Below are positions 7,927-17,894 of a stretch of 64,000 nucleotides of DNA, piece by piece. Position 1 is the stretch's first letter, and every line of letters begins with the position of its first letter. The position numbers and the translations under genes were made by a program. The notes under the pieces were generated by a model. That model made no database searches. It was not told the origin of the DNA and saw nothing but the letters and a program-made list of their open reading frames with translations. The DNA is from an uncultured Acidimicrobiia bacterium (GTDB lineage: Bacteria; Acidobacteriota; Terriglobia; Versatilivoradales; Versatilivoraceae): positions 1,056,001-1,120,000 of the forward strand of contig CAWBAT010000005.1 in assembly GCA_963786955.1 (NCBI GenBank), given 5' to 3'.

Positions 7927-10900
7927 TTACTCCTTCGATTTCCGTTCCAGCGGTCGGGGTAAAGAGACGCAGATGTCTACCAGGGCGGACCGGCCGCGGT
8001 GGACTTCTTGAAGCGCTTCCCGGAGTACCGACTGGAGTTTCGCCGGATCGTCCACGGTCCTGGCCCACAATCCCATCGCTTCCGCCACTTTGGAATACAG
8101 AGGCGGCTTCGGCAGATCGCACGCCGGGTAGTTGCCTGTCTTCCTTGCGTAGCCCTCGGGCGCTATGGCCAGAATTGCTTCGGTGGTGGCAGCATAAGCC
8201 TGATTATTGAAGATCACCGTCAAGAAAGGACTGCGGTGTTGCTCGGCCGCCCAGTACGTAACAATGGGAGAGCCGAATACCCAGGAGCCATCTCCTACCG
8301 TGCAAATAATCGTTTTAGAGGGGGAGGCAAGTTTGGCACCCAAGGCGGCTCCAAGGCCCCAACCAAGGCCGGACCCGAGGCTCTGGTAGTAGGTTCCGGG
8401 TTTATCTGAATTCAGATAATGCCAAAGGACCGGATTGTTACTGACAGCCTCGCTGACGATCACCGTGTCGTCATCCACAATTTCGTTCAAGCAGTAGGCA
8501 GCCCATTCTGGTGCGATCGGCTGCCGCACCGCCAAATCGAGAGCTCTCTGCCGCCACCCTGCCTTTTGCACCTCGTGCTCCGCGGTCAGAACATGGCGTC
8601 TTGTCTCAATCCGTGGCCGATCTGTGGGGCTCAGCCTGCGCTCGACCTCCTCCGCCAAGGCTGCCATGGCTTGCGAAGAATCGGCCTGAATGGAAAGGTC
8701 TACCGGGAATCCCCAGATCGGGATATCCCGTTTGAGGGGGTCAATGTCCACGTGGATAATTCGGCATTGAGAGGGTGGTTGTCCTTGCGCAGGGACCCAT
8801 GGAACATCGTGGTCGACAATCAGAACGCAATCAGCATGCTGCAAGTAGTGAGCGGCCGAAAATCCGAGATGAAGCGGGTGTCCCGTAGGAAAATTCATTC
8901 GGTGACGCAACTCCACTACTGGGGCTGCAAGCTTCTCGGCAAGTCTAACCAGAGAGGCCACAGCCTTGGGATTGCGGCCCGCATAGGCCACAAGAATTAA
9001 AGGTCTTTCCGCCTCGATCAGCCACTGCGCTGCCTGAGCAAGGCTCTCAGGGTCAGCCGCCAGTGTTGAAATCACTGGCGTGCGCCGGGGTCCCACAATC
9101 GGAGTCTCCAACTTCTCCAAGAGCACTTCCTTCGGGAGGGTCAAATATACCGGGCCCGCCGGCTCCGTGCCGGCTAACTGGAATGCACGCTGCATCGCCA
9201 CGTGAAGGTTTTCCCGGCGGGTCAGCTCGTAATGCCACTTGACGTAATTCTGCACAATGCCTGCCTGGTTAAACTGCTCTTGTATCCAGTCGATAGAGCG
9301 ATTGCGCCCACCCTCGACGTTGCCATCGACGGTGTAGGGGGATCTCCCCGCACAGATAACCACTCCGGCGCGACCACGCTGTGCGTTGTGTAGATTCGCA
9401 CCGATGTTCTGGGTGCCCACGTCAACGTGAACCAGGACTACCTGAGGCCTTCCGGTAATCATGAAGTAGCCGTGCGCAGCTGCCATAGCCACAGACTCAT
9501 GAAGACAGAGGATCAGCTCAGGTGCCCGGCGTCCCTGGGCTTTAAACTTGGCTATGGATTCCTGGATCGGCGCAATGTCGCTACCCGGGTTGATAAAGAT
9601 GTAATCGACGGCGTAGGCGTTGAGCAGCTCAATATAACCGTCGGAGACGTTGTCAATCAGCAGACTCTGTGGTTCTGCCTTGTGCAACCGTTGAGACTCA
9701 CGAGGCACGACATGTGGGAACACCTTCGCCGGTGCCTGAATTTGCGCGCGTTCGAGGCAAGCCTTCAACTGTTGGGCCAGGACCTGAACGTTTGGTTTCA
9801 CCAAGATTAAGCCGGAGTCATCGCCGGGCACATTGTAAATCTCCAGGCCTCCGGCAGCCAGCCGACTCCAGTGCAGCCTGCGATCCTCTTCGGGAGCAAC
9901 GTTACGGCCCTCGGCCTGAAAAAGGACAACGCGCCCTGGGTAGGTGTGCGGCTTGTAATGGTGAACCGCAGCTAGATTAGCCTGCCTAACAACCCCCCCA
10001 TAGAACACGTTGCGGTCACCCCTGAAAAGGTCGCGCTGGGCGACCATCTGCTTGAGTGTCTTAAGCCGCTCAATCAGGTATTCGAATCGCTGCCGGCCAC
10101 GGAGCCTCGCAAGCGTATCGCCGTAAAGCCGTATCCGGCTGACCGTGAGATTGAGGGCCGCCAGCACGCGCAGAGCGGGCCGGAACCATAGCTTAGAGGT
10201 CACCACCGGCGGCCTCGGCTCAAGGAGAGCTAAGAGGCCGACCTTTTGTCCTGCTGAGTGCAGCTGTTGTGCCATCTCATACGCGACAACAGCGCCCATG
10301 CACCCACCGGCGAGATAGTAGGGACCCTCGGGTTGCAGCTCACGGATTTCCTCCAGATAGGTCGCCGCGATCTCCTCAATGCTTGTCAGCGGCTTCTCCG
10401 TTCCACTGAGTCCGCGCGATTGCAGGCCATAGAAGGGCTGCTCCGGACCCAGAAGCCGCGCGAGGTCGTTAAAGCCGAGCACGTTACCCCCGACGCCCGG
10501 TACAGCAAATAGGGGTGGTCGGCTTCCCGCCGGCTGAATCGAAACCAGGGAGCGCCATGACTGTGACTCACTGCCCTTGCCAATGACTGCGGCGAGCCCT
10601 TCGATGGTGGGCGCCCGGAACAGCGTCGCGAGCGGTAGCCTGATCCGTAAACATTCTTCCAGCCGTGCGAACATCACGGCGGCGAGCAGTGAGTGGCCCC
10701 CGAGGTCGAAGAAGTTTTCTCGAGTCCCAACAGGATTAACCATGAGAATCTCTTCCCAAATCTTAACCAGTTGTCGCTCGACCTCATTTTGGGGTTGGGT
10801 GAATGTGGATGTCCGATCCCTGCTCCTGTCCGGCGGAGGAAGCGCTCGGCGGTCTATCTTACCGTTGGGCGTTAAAGGCAGTGCTTCCAAGAATACAAAC

Positions 10901-12426
10901 GCAGAGGGAATCATATAATCAGGCAACTTCTGCTGGAGAAAAGCGCGCAGTTCGCCGCCTGTCGGAGCCAGTTCTTGTGACGGAACAATATAGGCAATTA
11001 ATTGTTTATCATTTGGTACGTTGTCCAGCACTACAACCACTGCTTCTCGAACAATTGGATGTTGACGGAGTACGGCCTCAATCTCATTCAGCTCAACACG
11101 GAAGCCCCGGATCTTCACCTGATGATCAGCGCGGCCCAGAAACTCGAAACTGCCATCTGACAAGAATCGCCCACGGTCGCCGGTTCGATAAATCCGCTGC
11201 CCGGGAACTTCCGGGTCAGGCTTGAAGACTGGGGCCGTTTCTTCCGGGCGGTGCCAATACCCTTCGGCAATATAGCGGCTCTTGACGACTAATTCACCTA
11301 TCTCCCCCCTGGCGACAGGCTGACCTGATTCGTCAACGAGCTCGAGGCATTTGTCTGCTACCGGTCGACCAGCCGACAGGGCTCCAAGGTCTTTCACCAT
11401 ATTCGCATCGATGCGAGCTACGCATAGTAGGCCGGTCTCGGTCGTGGAAAAGCGATGCATCAGCACGCAGGAACTTCCGAAATGCAGCTTCCATTTTTCT
11501 ATATCGGTACGTAGGACCACATCTCCAGCCAGGGCCACCGACCTTACCGAGGGAAACAAATTCTCCCCCTCCAGAGTGGAAAGGAACCTCCGAAACAGCA
11601 GCACGGGGGGATGCAGCAGGGTGATTTGCTCCTCTTCGAGCCATTCCCTGAAGGCCGTCAGACCTTCTGATGCAAAATCAAACACACAGAGAGTGGCACC
11701 GTTAAGTAGGGCTCCAAACATGTCCGCTTCCGACGCCGAAAAACTGCAGTGGGTCAATAGAGACTGCCGATCAGCCGGAGTGATGGCATCATGTTGTGCG
11801 AAGAGCCATACACGGTGCAGAACCGCCCGATGGCTCTTCACTACCCCCTTCGGTTGGCCGGTCGTCCCAGAGGTATAGAAGATTGTTGACGGGTCATGCG
11901 GCCTTATCTCAATCTGCGGGCTATCCTCGGGAAACCCAGCATCGATCTCATCAAGCATCAAAAGGGAAGTGGGCCCGGCCATTAACTCGCGGGCGCGGGA
12001 TTCAAACGCGGCAGTCGTCAGAATCAAATCCGGGGCCACGTCTCGCACGATTTCCGCCTGCCGCTTGGCTGGCATTCTAGGGTGAATGGCTAAATATGTC
12101 TTTCCAGCCTTCAGCACCGCAAGCGTGGCAATCACCATTTCCGGCGAATGATCTAATAAATAGGGAACACATCCGACACCGGGATGTGTGCGCTCCTTGA
12201 TGGCGTGCGCAATCCGATTTACTTGTCTGTTTAGATCCTGGTAGGTCCACTGCCGGCCAGCGCCGGTGAGAGCGATGTGATTTGGAAAGCGGCAGACCAC
12301 TTGTTCGAAACGAGCCGGTACGGTCTGCTCAATTTCCGCCCTTGAAAAAGGGAGACTCGGGGGTGGAGCGGCTTCACCCGTGTTAGTCGTCGTCTCCACA
12401 AGCCTCAACATGAGCAGATTCCCCAA
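7927..12426 (-). CDS. NRPS-like A-T-TE fused to a full ThDP-dependent enzyme (acetolactate synthase/benzoylformate decarboxylase-like)
   Basis: YTSGTTGQPKG and YRTGD (A); FFDLGGHSL (PCP); TE with GGCMG; then NPGSD, LHESVAMAAAHGY, GPVYLTLP and GDGS..NN ThDP motifs (approx. 7927-9660). Confidence 0.92.
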   Translation of the reverse strand: MGNLLMLRLVETTTNTGEAAPPPSLPFSRAEIEQTVPARFEQVVCRFPNHIALTGAGRQWTYQDLNRQVNRIAHAIKERTHPGVGCVPYLLDHSPEMVIATLAVLKAGKTYLAIHPRMPAKRQAEIVRDVAPDLILTTAAFESRARELMAGPTSLLMLDEIDAGFPEDSPQIEIRPHDPSTIFYTSGTTGQPKGVVKSHRAVLHRVWLFAQHDAITPADRQSLLTHCSFSASEADMFGALLNGATLCVFDFASEGLTAFREWLEEEQITLLHPPVLLFRRFLSTLEGENLFPSVRSVALAGDVVLRTDIEKWKLHFGSSCVLMHRFSTTETGLLCVARIDANMVKDLGALSAGRPVADKCLELVDESGQPVARGEIGELVVKSRYIAEGYWHRPEETAPVFKPDPEVPGQRIYRTGDRGRFLSDGSFEFLGRADHQVKIRGFRVELNEIEAVLRQHPIVREAVVVVLDNVPNDKQLIAYIVPSQELAPTGGELRAFLQQKLPDYMIPSAFVFLEALPLTPNGKIDRRALPPPDRSRDRTSTFTQPQNEVERQLVKIWEEILMVNPVGTRENFFDLGGHSLLAAVMFARLEECLRIRLPLATLFRAPTIEGLAAVIGKGSESQSWRSLVSIQPAGSRPPLFAVPGVGGNVLGFNDLARLLGPEQPFYGLQSRGLSGTEKPLTSIEEIAATYLEEIRELQPEGPYYLAGGCMGAVVAYEMAQQLHSAGQKVGLLALLEPRPPVVTSKLWFRPALRVLAALNLTVSRIRLYGDTLARLRGRQRFEYLIERLKTLKQMVAQRDLFRGDRNVFYGGVVRQANLAAVHHYKPHTYPGRVVLFQAEGRNVAPEEDRRLHWSRLAAGGLEIYNVPGDDSGLILVKPNVQVLAQQLKACLERAQIQAPAKVFPHVVPRESQRLHKAEPQSLLIDNVSDGYIELLNAYAVDYIFINPGSDIAPIQESIAKFKAQGRRAPELILCLHESVAMAAAHGYFMITGRPQVVLVHVDVGTQNIGANLHNAQRGRAGVVICAGRSPYTVDGNVEGGRNRSIDWIQEQFNQAGIVQNYVKWHYELTRRENLHVAMQRAFQLAGTEPAGPVYLTLPKEVLLEKLETPIVGPRRTPVISTLAADPESLAQAAQWLIEAERPLILVAYAGRNPKAVASLVRLAEKLAAPVVELRHRMNFPTGHPLHLGFSAAHYLQHADCVLIVDHDVPWVPAQGQPPSQCRIIHVDIDPLKRDIPIWGFPVDLSIQADSSQAMAALAEEVERRLSPTDRPRIETRRHVLTAEHEVQKAGWRQRALDLAVRQPIAPEWAAYCLNEIVDDDTVIVSEAVSNNPVLWHYLNSDKPGTYYQSLGSGLGWGLGAALGAKLASPSKTIICTVGDGSWVFGSPIVTYWAAEQHRSPFLTVIFNNQAYAATTEAILAIAPEGYARKTGNYPACDLPKPPLYSKVAEAMGLWARTVDDPAKLQSVLREALQEVHRGRSALVDICVSLPRPLERKSKE

Positions 12427-12962
12427 GAACTAACGATGCAACCATCCCAGCTGCAATTTATTACGGCGAAGAATGACATCCATCTCCAATCAATCCGCTA
12501 CCTCTGCCCTTGCTCCTTCTCGGCATACTGCATTTGGCGTGCCTAATCCGGCAATCAGGGCTCCTTCAGGCTTCCCTGCGTGGCGCGGTTCAGCCCATGT
12601 GGGGGAATGCAAAAGGCAGGCAACCCCCCTGTTTTCTTGCAAATCTCCAACCAAATCAAAATGATACTTGCTAATATAGTCGGCGGCGGGTGCAACTACC
12701 AATTTCTCCTATGAATAAAAGCGTAGCTTCCTTATCCCATATTTTTTCCGCTCTTGAGAAAGTGGAAAACCTTTTCCATTAATGTCCATCCAAATGTGGT
12801 AGAGATTATAAGCAACATGGTTTGGACTATTTGCCACCAATTATTTGCCGATTTTTTGGGGCGCAAACTCGTGGCTGCACGACGGCAACCTGGAGTTAAC
12901 TAAGCGGAATCAGTCCAACCACTGAATACCGACATAAGTCGGCTTTTTCTTATTGTAAGTAG

Positions 12963-13330
12963 TTGTCTAATTCAATCGGCCCTATATGCATAATCAAGGT
13001 AAACGAACTGCTGCGGTGTTGTTCCGCGACTCTGTTCGGCTCGACTAAGGAAACCGTTACCTATGTGATGGGCAGCCACGTCTTGCCGAGGTGTGTCGAG
13101 ACACGCCTCTACAATCCGACGCGATTCAATCTCCATTCCCATTTGAACTAGCTCGCGAAGAAATATTCAGAATCGGCCGTTCAGAAGGCACGAACCTGAT
13201 TGAACGGCGCATTCGAGGAAGCTATTGATCAGGACTTCTCGTTTAAGAATCCTGCCAGGAAACTGGCAGTGTGGGTCACCCGCAAGAGCTGCAAACGTTA
13301 CCTTAGTGCCAAGGAAATCCACAAACCTGA
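12963..13330 (+). pseudogene. Tyrosine recombinase/integrase remnant (core-binding region only)
   Basis: One frame reads STKETVTYVMGSHVLP...TRFNLHSHLN*LAKKYSESAVQKART*LNGAFEEAIDQDFSFKNPARKL..RKSCKRYLSAKEI, an integrase 'NP' core-binding signature with two in-frame stops; catalytic domain missing; abuts the tRNA. Confidence 0.7.
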
Positions 13331-13395
13331 TCGCCCGGAGACTGATTGTTTGTGCTCTAAGACCTGGGAAGTTATTCGCTTAACGATTGAAAGGA

Positions 13396-13472
<77 letters not shown>

Positions 13473-13830
13473 GCGCGGCAAGAATTTCTCGTAAACATAG
13501 ATGAGCGGCCATAATGCCGCATGGGAAAAAGGCCCCCGTCCATGGGCTTCTTAAGCTTTGTAAGGTATCATAAGAAATCCGACCCGAAAAGCGGAAACCC
13601 CACAATATGCTATAGTGATAGGGTGTTACTCGAACTTAATGATGCATGATGTTTGATCTGTCTGAAAGTTAGTCTTAAGGAGCTGCACTGAATTAGGGTC
13701 TCCCCGGTCTGTCCGCTGAAGGACCGCCCTCTCCCCAAAGAGAGGGCAGAAATCATTATCTTTTTGCATGTTCGAATGGGAAAAGCCGCTGAGGGGATTT
13801 TGCCGTGATTTACTCGCGGGTTCTTTCGTT

Positions 13831-14151
13831 ATGCCTCGAATTCGAATTCTTCCGGACCAAGTTGAAGTTCAAGTCAGGCCAGGAATTACTCTGCTGAAAA
13901 GCGCTGAGCAAGCCGGTGTCGAGATCCTGCATTCTTGCGGAGGCCTCGGTGCCTGCACTTCCTGTCGTGTCCTCATCATAGAAGGGAGAGATCGATTGAC
14001 TCCGATCGGACAGGCTGAAGAAGAACAACTCGTCGAGTCGGGACTGCTCCATTCTCACCGCCTGGCCTGCCAAGCCGCCATTCTTGGGGATGTTGTCATC
14101 GAACGCCCGAAATGGCGATCCTCATTAGATTCTCCAATTACAGGAGAGTAG
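13831..14151 (+). CDS. 2Fe-2S ferredoxin
   Basis: CGGLGACTSC...RLACQ motif; start taken at MPRIRI. Confidence 0.9.
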   Translation: MPRIRILPDQVEVQVRPGITLLKSAEQAGVEILHSCGGLGACTSCRVLIIEGRDRLTPIGQAEEEQLVESGLLHSHRLACQAAILGDVVIERPKWRSSLDSPITGE

Positions 14152-14154
14152 CCC

Positions 14155-15834
14155 ATGAGTGTCGACCGAGAGATCCTCGAAGTCGATGTTTTGTTCATTG
14201 GAGCAGGACCCGCCAGTTTGAGCGGAGCACTGCACTTGCAAAATCTGATCGATGGCCACAACCAGAATTTGCCGAGCGGTCAGGAAAAGCTTCGTCCGAG
14301 CATTGCGGTGATTGAAAAGGGACGTGAAATTGGCGCCCATTGCTTATCCGGGGCAATCCTTGATCCGCGGGCTTTGGAGGAACTGCTCCCTAACTACCGA
14401 GACCTGGGAGTCCCACTGGCGACACCTGTCACCCAGGATGACATCTATTATCTCACCCCATCCCGAAAAATTCGGTTTCCAATCATTCCTCCGCCTCTGG
14501 ACAACCAGGGAAATTACCTCATTTCCCTAAACCGGTTCGTTCAATGGCTAGGAGAAAAGGTAGCCGCAAAGGGGGTTGACCTCTTCCCAGGCTTTGCGGG
14601 TACCGATTTGATTTTTGATGGGGACCGGATTGTCGGCATTCGCACAGGTGACAGAGGGGTCGATAAGCAAGGGAAGCCAAAAGCTTCTTTCGAACCCGGC
14701 GTTGATATTATGGCCAAGGTGGTCGTTTTCGGGGAGGGAGTGCGCGGGTCTTTGACCAAGCAGTTAGTAGAGCGATTGAAACTAGATCAGGGAAAAGCTC
14801 CCCAGGTGTATGCCATCGGCGTCAAAGAGGTCTGGGAATTGCCCGTAGAATCCTCTCAAAAAGGGCATGTCATCCACACCCTCGGTTATCCCCTGAAGCA
14901 CAAGAACTACGGGGGAGGCTTCATCTATAACATGGGATCTCTTCTATCTGTCGGTCTGGTCATCGGTTTAGACTACGAAGATCCTGCATTGGACCCCCAC
15001 CTATGCTTCCAGCAATTCAAGACTCATCCCTTGATCACCGGAATGTTGAAAGGTGCAAAATTAGCGCATTACGGAGCCAAAGCCATTCCCGAAGGAGGTT
15101 ACTATTCCATCCCGAAAAGCTCAATGAACGGCGGACTTATCATCGGCGACAGCGCAGGACTACTGAACTCGCAGCGTCTCAAAGGAATCCACCTAGCTAT
15201 GAAATCGGGGCTGTTGGCGGCCGAGACTCTGCTGGAGGCCCTGTTGAAAAAGGATTTCAGTGAGGCGACGCTGGCAGGCTATGAACGCCGTGTCAAAGCA
15301 AGTTGGGTGGAGAAGGAATTGTTTCCGGTTCGAAATTTTCGTCAGGGGTTTGAGCATGGTTTGTTCTCCGGTGTCGTCAATGCTGGACTACAGAGCCTCA
15401 CGGGAGGCCGGGGGTGGAAAGATCCGCTTTTATCAAGAGCAGGGCATGAGCGCATGAGAAAGCTTATGGACGACGACCTTGCCCGCGCGACGGTTTTACC
15501 TCCAGGGGCCAATGGGGAGTTGGCTGTCAGCAAGGCCACAGATATCTATTTTTCCAGCATCAAGCATGAAGAGGATCAACCAACGCACTTATTGATTTCC
15601 GACTATGACATTTGTAATCAGCGCTGTAGGGGGGAATATGACAATCCTTGTGTACGCTTCTGCCCGGCCCATGTGTATGAGATGGTTGAGCGAGAGGATG
15701 GAAAGGGAAAACGGCTGCAGTTGAACCCCAGCAACTGCATTCACTGCAAGACTTGTGACATTATGGACCCTTACCAGATTATTACCTGGGTGCCTCCGGA
15801 AGGAGGCAGCGGTCCCAATTTTGTAAACCTCTAG
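14155..15834 (+). CDS. Electron transfer flavoprotein-ubiquinone oxidoreductase
   Basis: GAGPAS FAD motif, SGAILDPRAL, KGIHLAMKSG, C-terminal CPA..CIHCKTC 4Fe-4S and WVPPEGGSGP. Confidence 0.93.
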   Translation: MSVDREILEVDVLFIGAGPASLSGALHLQNLIDGHNQNLPSGQEKLRPSIAVIEKGREIGAHCLSGAILDPRALEELLPNYRDLGVPLATPVTQDDIYYLTPSRKIRFPIIPPPLDNQGNYLISLNRFVQWLGEKVAAKGVDLFPGFAGTDLIFDGDRIVGIRTGDRGVDKQGKPKASFEPGVDIMAKVVVFGEGVRGSLTKQLVERLKLDQGKAPQVYAIGVKEVWELPVESSQKGHVIHTLGYPLKHKNYGGGFIYNMGSLLSVGLVIGLDYEDPALDPHLCFQQFKTHPLITGMLKGAKLAHYGAKAIPEGGYYSIPKSSMNGGLIIGDSAGLLNSQRLKGIHLAMKSGLLAAETLLEALLKKDFSEATLAGYERRVKASWVEKELFPVRNFRQGFEHGLFSGVVNAGLQSLTGGRGWKDPLLSRAGHERMRKLMDDDLARATVLPPGANGELAVSKATDIYFSSIKHEEDQPTHLLISDYDICNQRCRGEYDNPCVRFCPAHVYEMVEREDGKGKRLQLNPSNCIHCKTCDIMDPYQIITWVPPEGGSGPNFVNL

Positions 15835-15879
15835 TCCTATTGACAGCCCATCTTCGGTGCCGTCTCGAAATCCTCCCTA

Positions 15880-16042
15880 GAGTAATGCGTTAATTATCGG
15901 GGGAATTTCTAGTAGGGCGCGCGCGCCGCGGACGGCCCGGCGGTCCGTCCCTACCCACTCAGCCGCTACAGAAGCGACAATCTCAAATCGTCACCGAAGG
16001 CATTGCCCTTACAGATTTCCCCCCGTAACTAACGCATTACTC
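15880..16042. mobile_element. MITE-like element with terminal inverted repeats, CCTA target duplication and an internal GTAG REP hairpin
   Basis: GAGTAATGCGTTAATTATCGGGGGAA ... TTCCCCCCGTAACTAACGCATTACTC flanked by CCTA at 15876-15879 and 16043-16046. Confidence 0.75.
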
Positions 16043-16059
16043 CCTAGACTATTTTGTTA

Positions 16060-16087
16060 TTGCTATTCTATCAATTACCGATATAAT
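16060..16087 (+). promoter_or_regulatory. Putative sigma70 promoter of the DEAD-box helicase
   Basis: TTGCTA-16 nt-TATAAT. Confidence 0.5.
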
Positions 16088-16354
16088 CACTGACCAGGGT
16101 TACATCTGCGTAGCAAATCCTCTCGGTTTATCTAACCTAGAAGTCTTCCTCCGCCGAATGTGCCAACCAATGTGGTAAGAATTCTGAGACTTCGTTGCAC
16201 TGTCTCTTTGCCCGAGCTGCAGAAAAGTTCTTACTCCTCCGATTGGCTGTGATCCTTCAACGCCGACAAAACTCTTAAACGAGGGCCACCTGCGCCCGGC
16301 GTTTTCAAAACACTTTACTTGGAATTCGAATAGATTTCCAATCATGGAGACATA

Positions 16355-17857
16355 ATGCCTTTTTCACAACTCGGCTTACAGCCTGAATTGGCCCGCGCCT
16401 TGAGCGATGCCAATTATCTTCGTCCCACCCCGATTCAATCTAAAGCCATCCCGGTGATCCTGGAAGGTAACGACGTGGTCGGCACCGCCCAAACCGGTAC
16501 CGGCAAAACAGCCGCTTTTCTTCTTCCCCTCTTGCAGCGGCTGGCGAGCCCTTCCCATAAGACACGGGGGCTCATCCTCACTCCCACCCGGGAACTCGCC
16601 ACACAAGTTGAGCTCTTCCTACGCAAGTACGGACGGTTCCTCAAATTGCGTTCCACCGCAATTTTTGGGGGAGTCCCTCAGAAACCGCAAGTACAGGCCC
16701 TGCGAAAGGGCGTGGACGTACTCGTCGCAACCCCGGGACGTTTGTTGGATTTGATCCAGCAACACTGCATTGATCTCTCCGCGGTTGAAATTTTTGTTCT
16801 AGACGAGGCGGATCGTATGTTGGACATGGGGTTTTTGCCGGATATCCAGAAGGTCGTCAAGCTTCTTCCGAAGCAGCGCCAGACGATTCTCTTCTCCGCC
16901 ACCATGCCTCAAGAAATCCGGGATTTAGCCTGCTCGTTGCAAAAGAATTCGGTTCTCGTTGAAGTCGCAAGACATCCGGAATCGGTGGCGGTCGTGGAGC
17001 AGAAATTTTTTCCGGTTCCCTCTCACTTAAAGGCGGATCTGCTCATGCATCTCCTCACCCGCGAGACCATGAAACCACTGCTTGTGTTCTCCAGAACCAA
17101 ACATGGCGCAGACCGGCTTCATTCCTTCTTGGGAAGCCATGGGATATCGTCGGCGCGCATCCACTCGGGGTTGACGCAAAGCCAACGCAAAGAGGCCATG
17201 GACGGGTTCCGGCAATCGCGTTGGCAAATCCTGATTGCGACTGACATCGCGGCTCGAGGAATTGATGTCCATGATATTTCGCATGTCATCAATTTCGATA
17301 TCCCGAATAATCCCGATGACTATACCCATCGCATTGGTCGCACCGGACGGGCCGAGAAGGCTGGAACGGCTTACACTTTCGTTAGCCCTGAAGAGGAAGC
17401 CTTTGCCCGGGCCATTGAGAAGTCCAGTCGGCGAAAAATTGAAAGAGTGCGATTGGAAGATTTTGATTATGGCGCCCCCCCCAAATCCAGGGGCTTGTCT
17501 CCACGCGCCCAACCACGAAATGACGCGGTCTCTCGCTTTCTTGCGCCCCAAAAGGAAAAAGAAAGTTCTCCCAAAGTATTTGACCGGGCAGCTCACGCCG
17601 TGCAAGGCCGGACGGGGCCGACGAGAAATGCGAGTTCTCCCTCTCATGGGAAGAAAGGCCAGCGGGATAACGCCCGTGGCCGCAGTCGAAATTCCAAAGA
17701 TGGGAAATCTAGCGCAAAAGAAGGATGGCTCGGGTTACCGAGTTCTGAGGAGCAACAGGAATTAAAACGGATCCGATTGAAGCTATTCGGTACAACCGGG
17801 GGAAACTCATTTCGCGAACGGCCTTCGTTCAAGAAGAATTCACGAGCCCGGTATTAG
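16355..17857 (+). CDS. DEAD-box RNA helicase (RhlE-like)
   Basis: PTPIQ, AQTGTGKT, PTRELA, DEAD, SAT and HRIGRTGR motifs; basic C-terminal tail. Confidence 0.95.
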   Translation: MPFSQLGLQPELARALSDANYLRPTPIQSKAIPVILEGNDVVGTAQTGTGKTAAFLLPLLQRLASPSHKTRGLILTPTRELATQVELFLRKYGRFLKLRSTAIFGGVPQKPQVQALRKGVDVLVATPGRLLDLIQQHCIDLSAVEIFVLDEADRMLDMGFLPDIQKVVKLLPKQRQTILFSATMPQEIRDLACSLQKNSVLVEVARHPESVAVVEQKFFPVPSHLKADLLMHLLTRETMKPLLVFSRTKHGADRLHSFLGSHGISSARIHSGLTQSQRKEAMDGFRQSRWQILIATDIAARGIDVHDISHVINFDIPNNPDDYTHRIGRTGRAEKAGTAYTFVSPEEEAFARAIEKSSRRKIERVRLEDFDYGAPPKSRGLSPRAQPRNDAVSRFLAPQKEKESSPKVFDRAAHAVQGRTGPTRNASSPSHGKKGQRDNARGRSRNSKDGKSSAKEGWLGLPSSEEQQELKRIRLKLFGTTGGNSFRERPSFKKNSRARY

Positions 17858-17894
17858 TTTACGAGCGCTCAGATCCCTCCGCGCTCACCCGTTT

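Noticed and set aside
12480-12640. Possible riboswitch or sigma54 promoter upstream of the NRPS genes
   Set aside because: No match to riboswitch consensus sequences I recognise; the TTGCCTG-N4-TTGCA candidate lacks the invariant GG.
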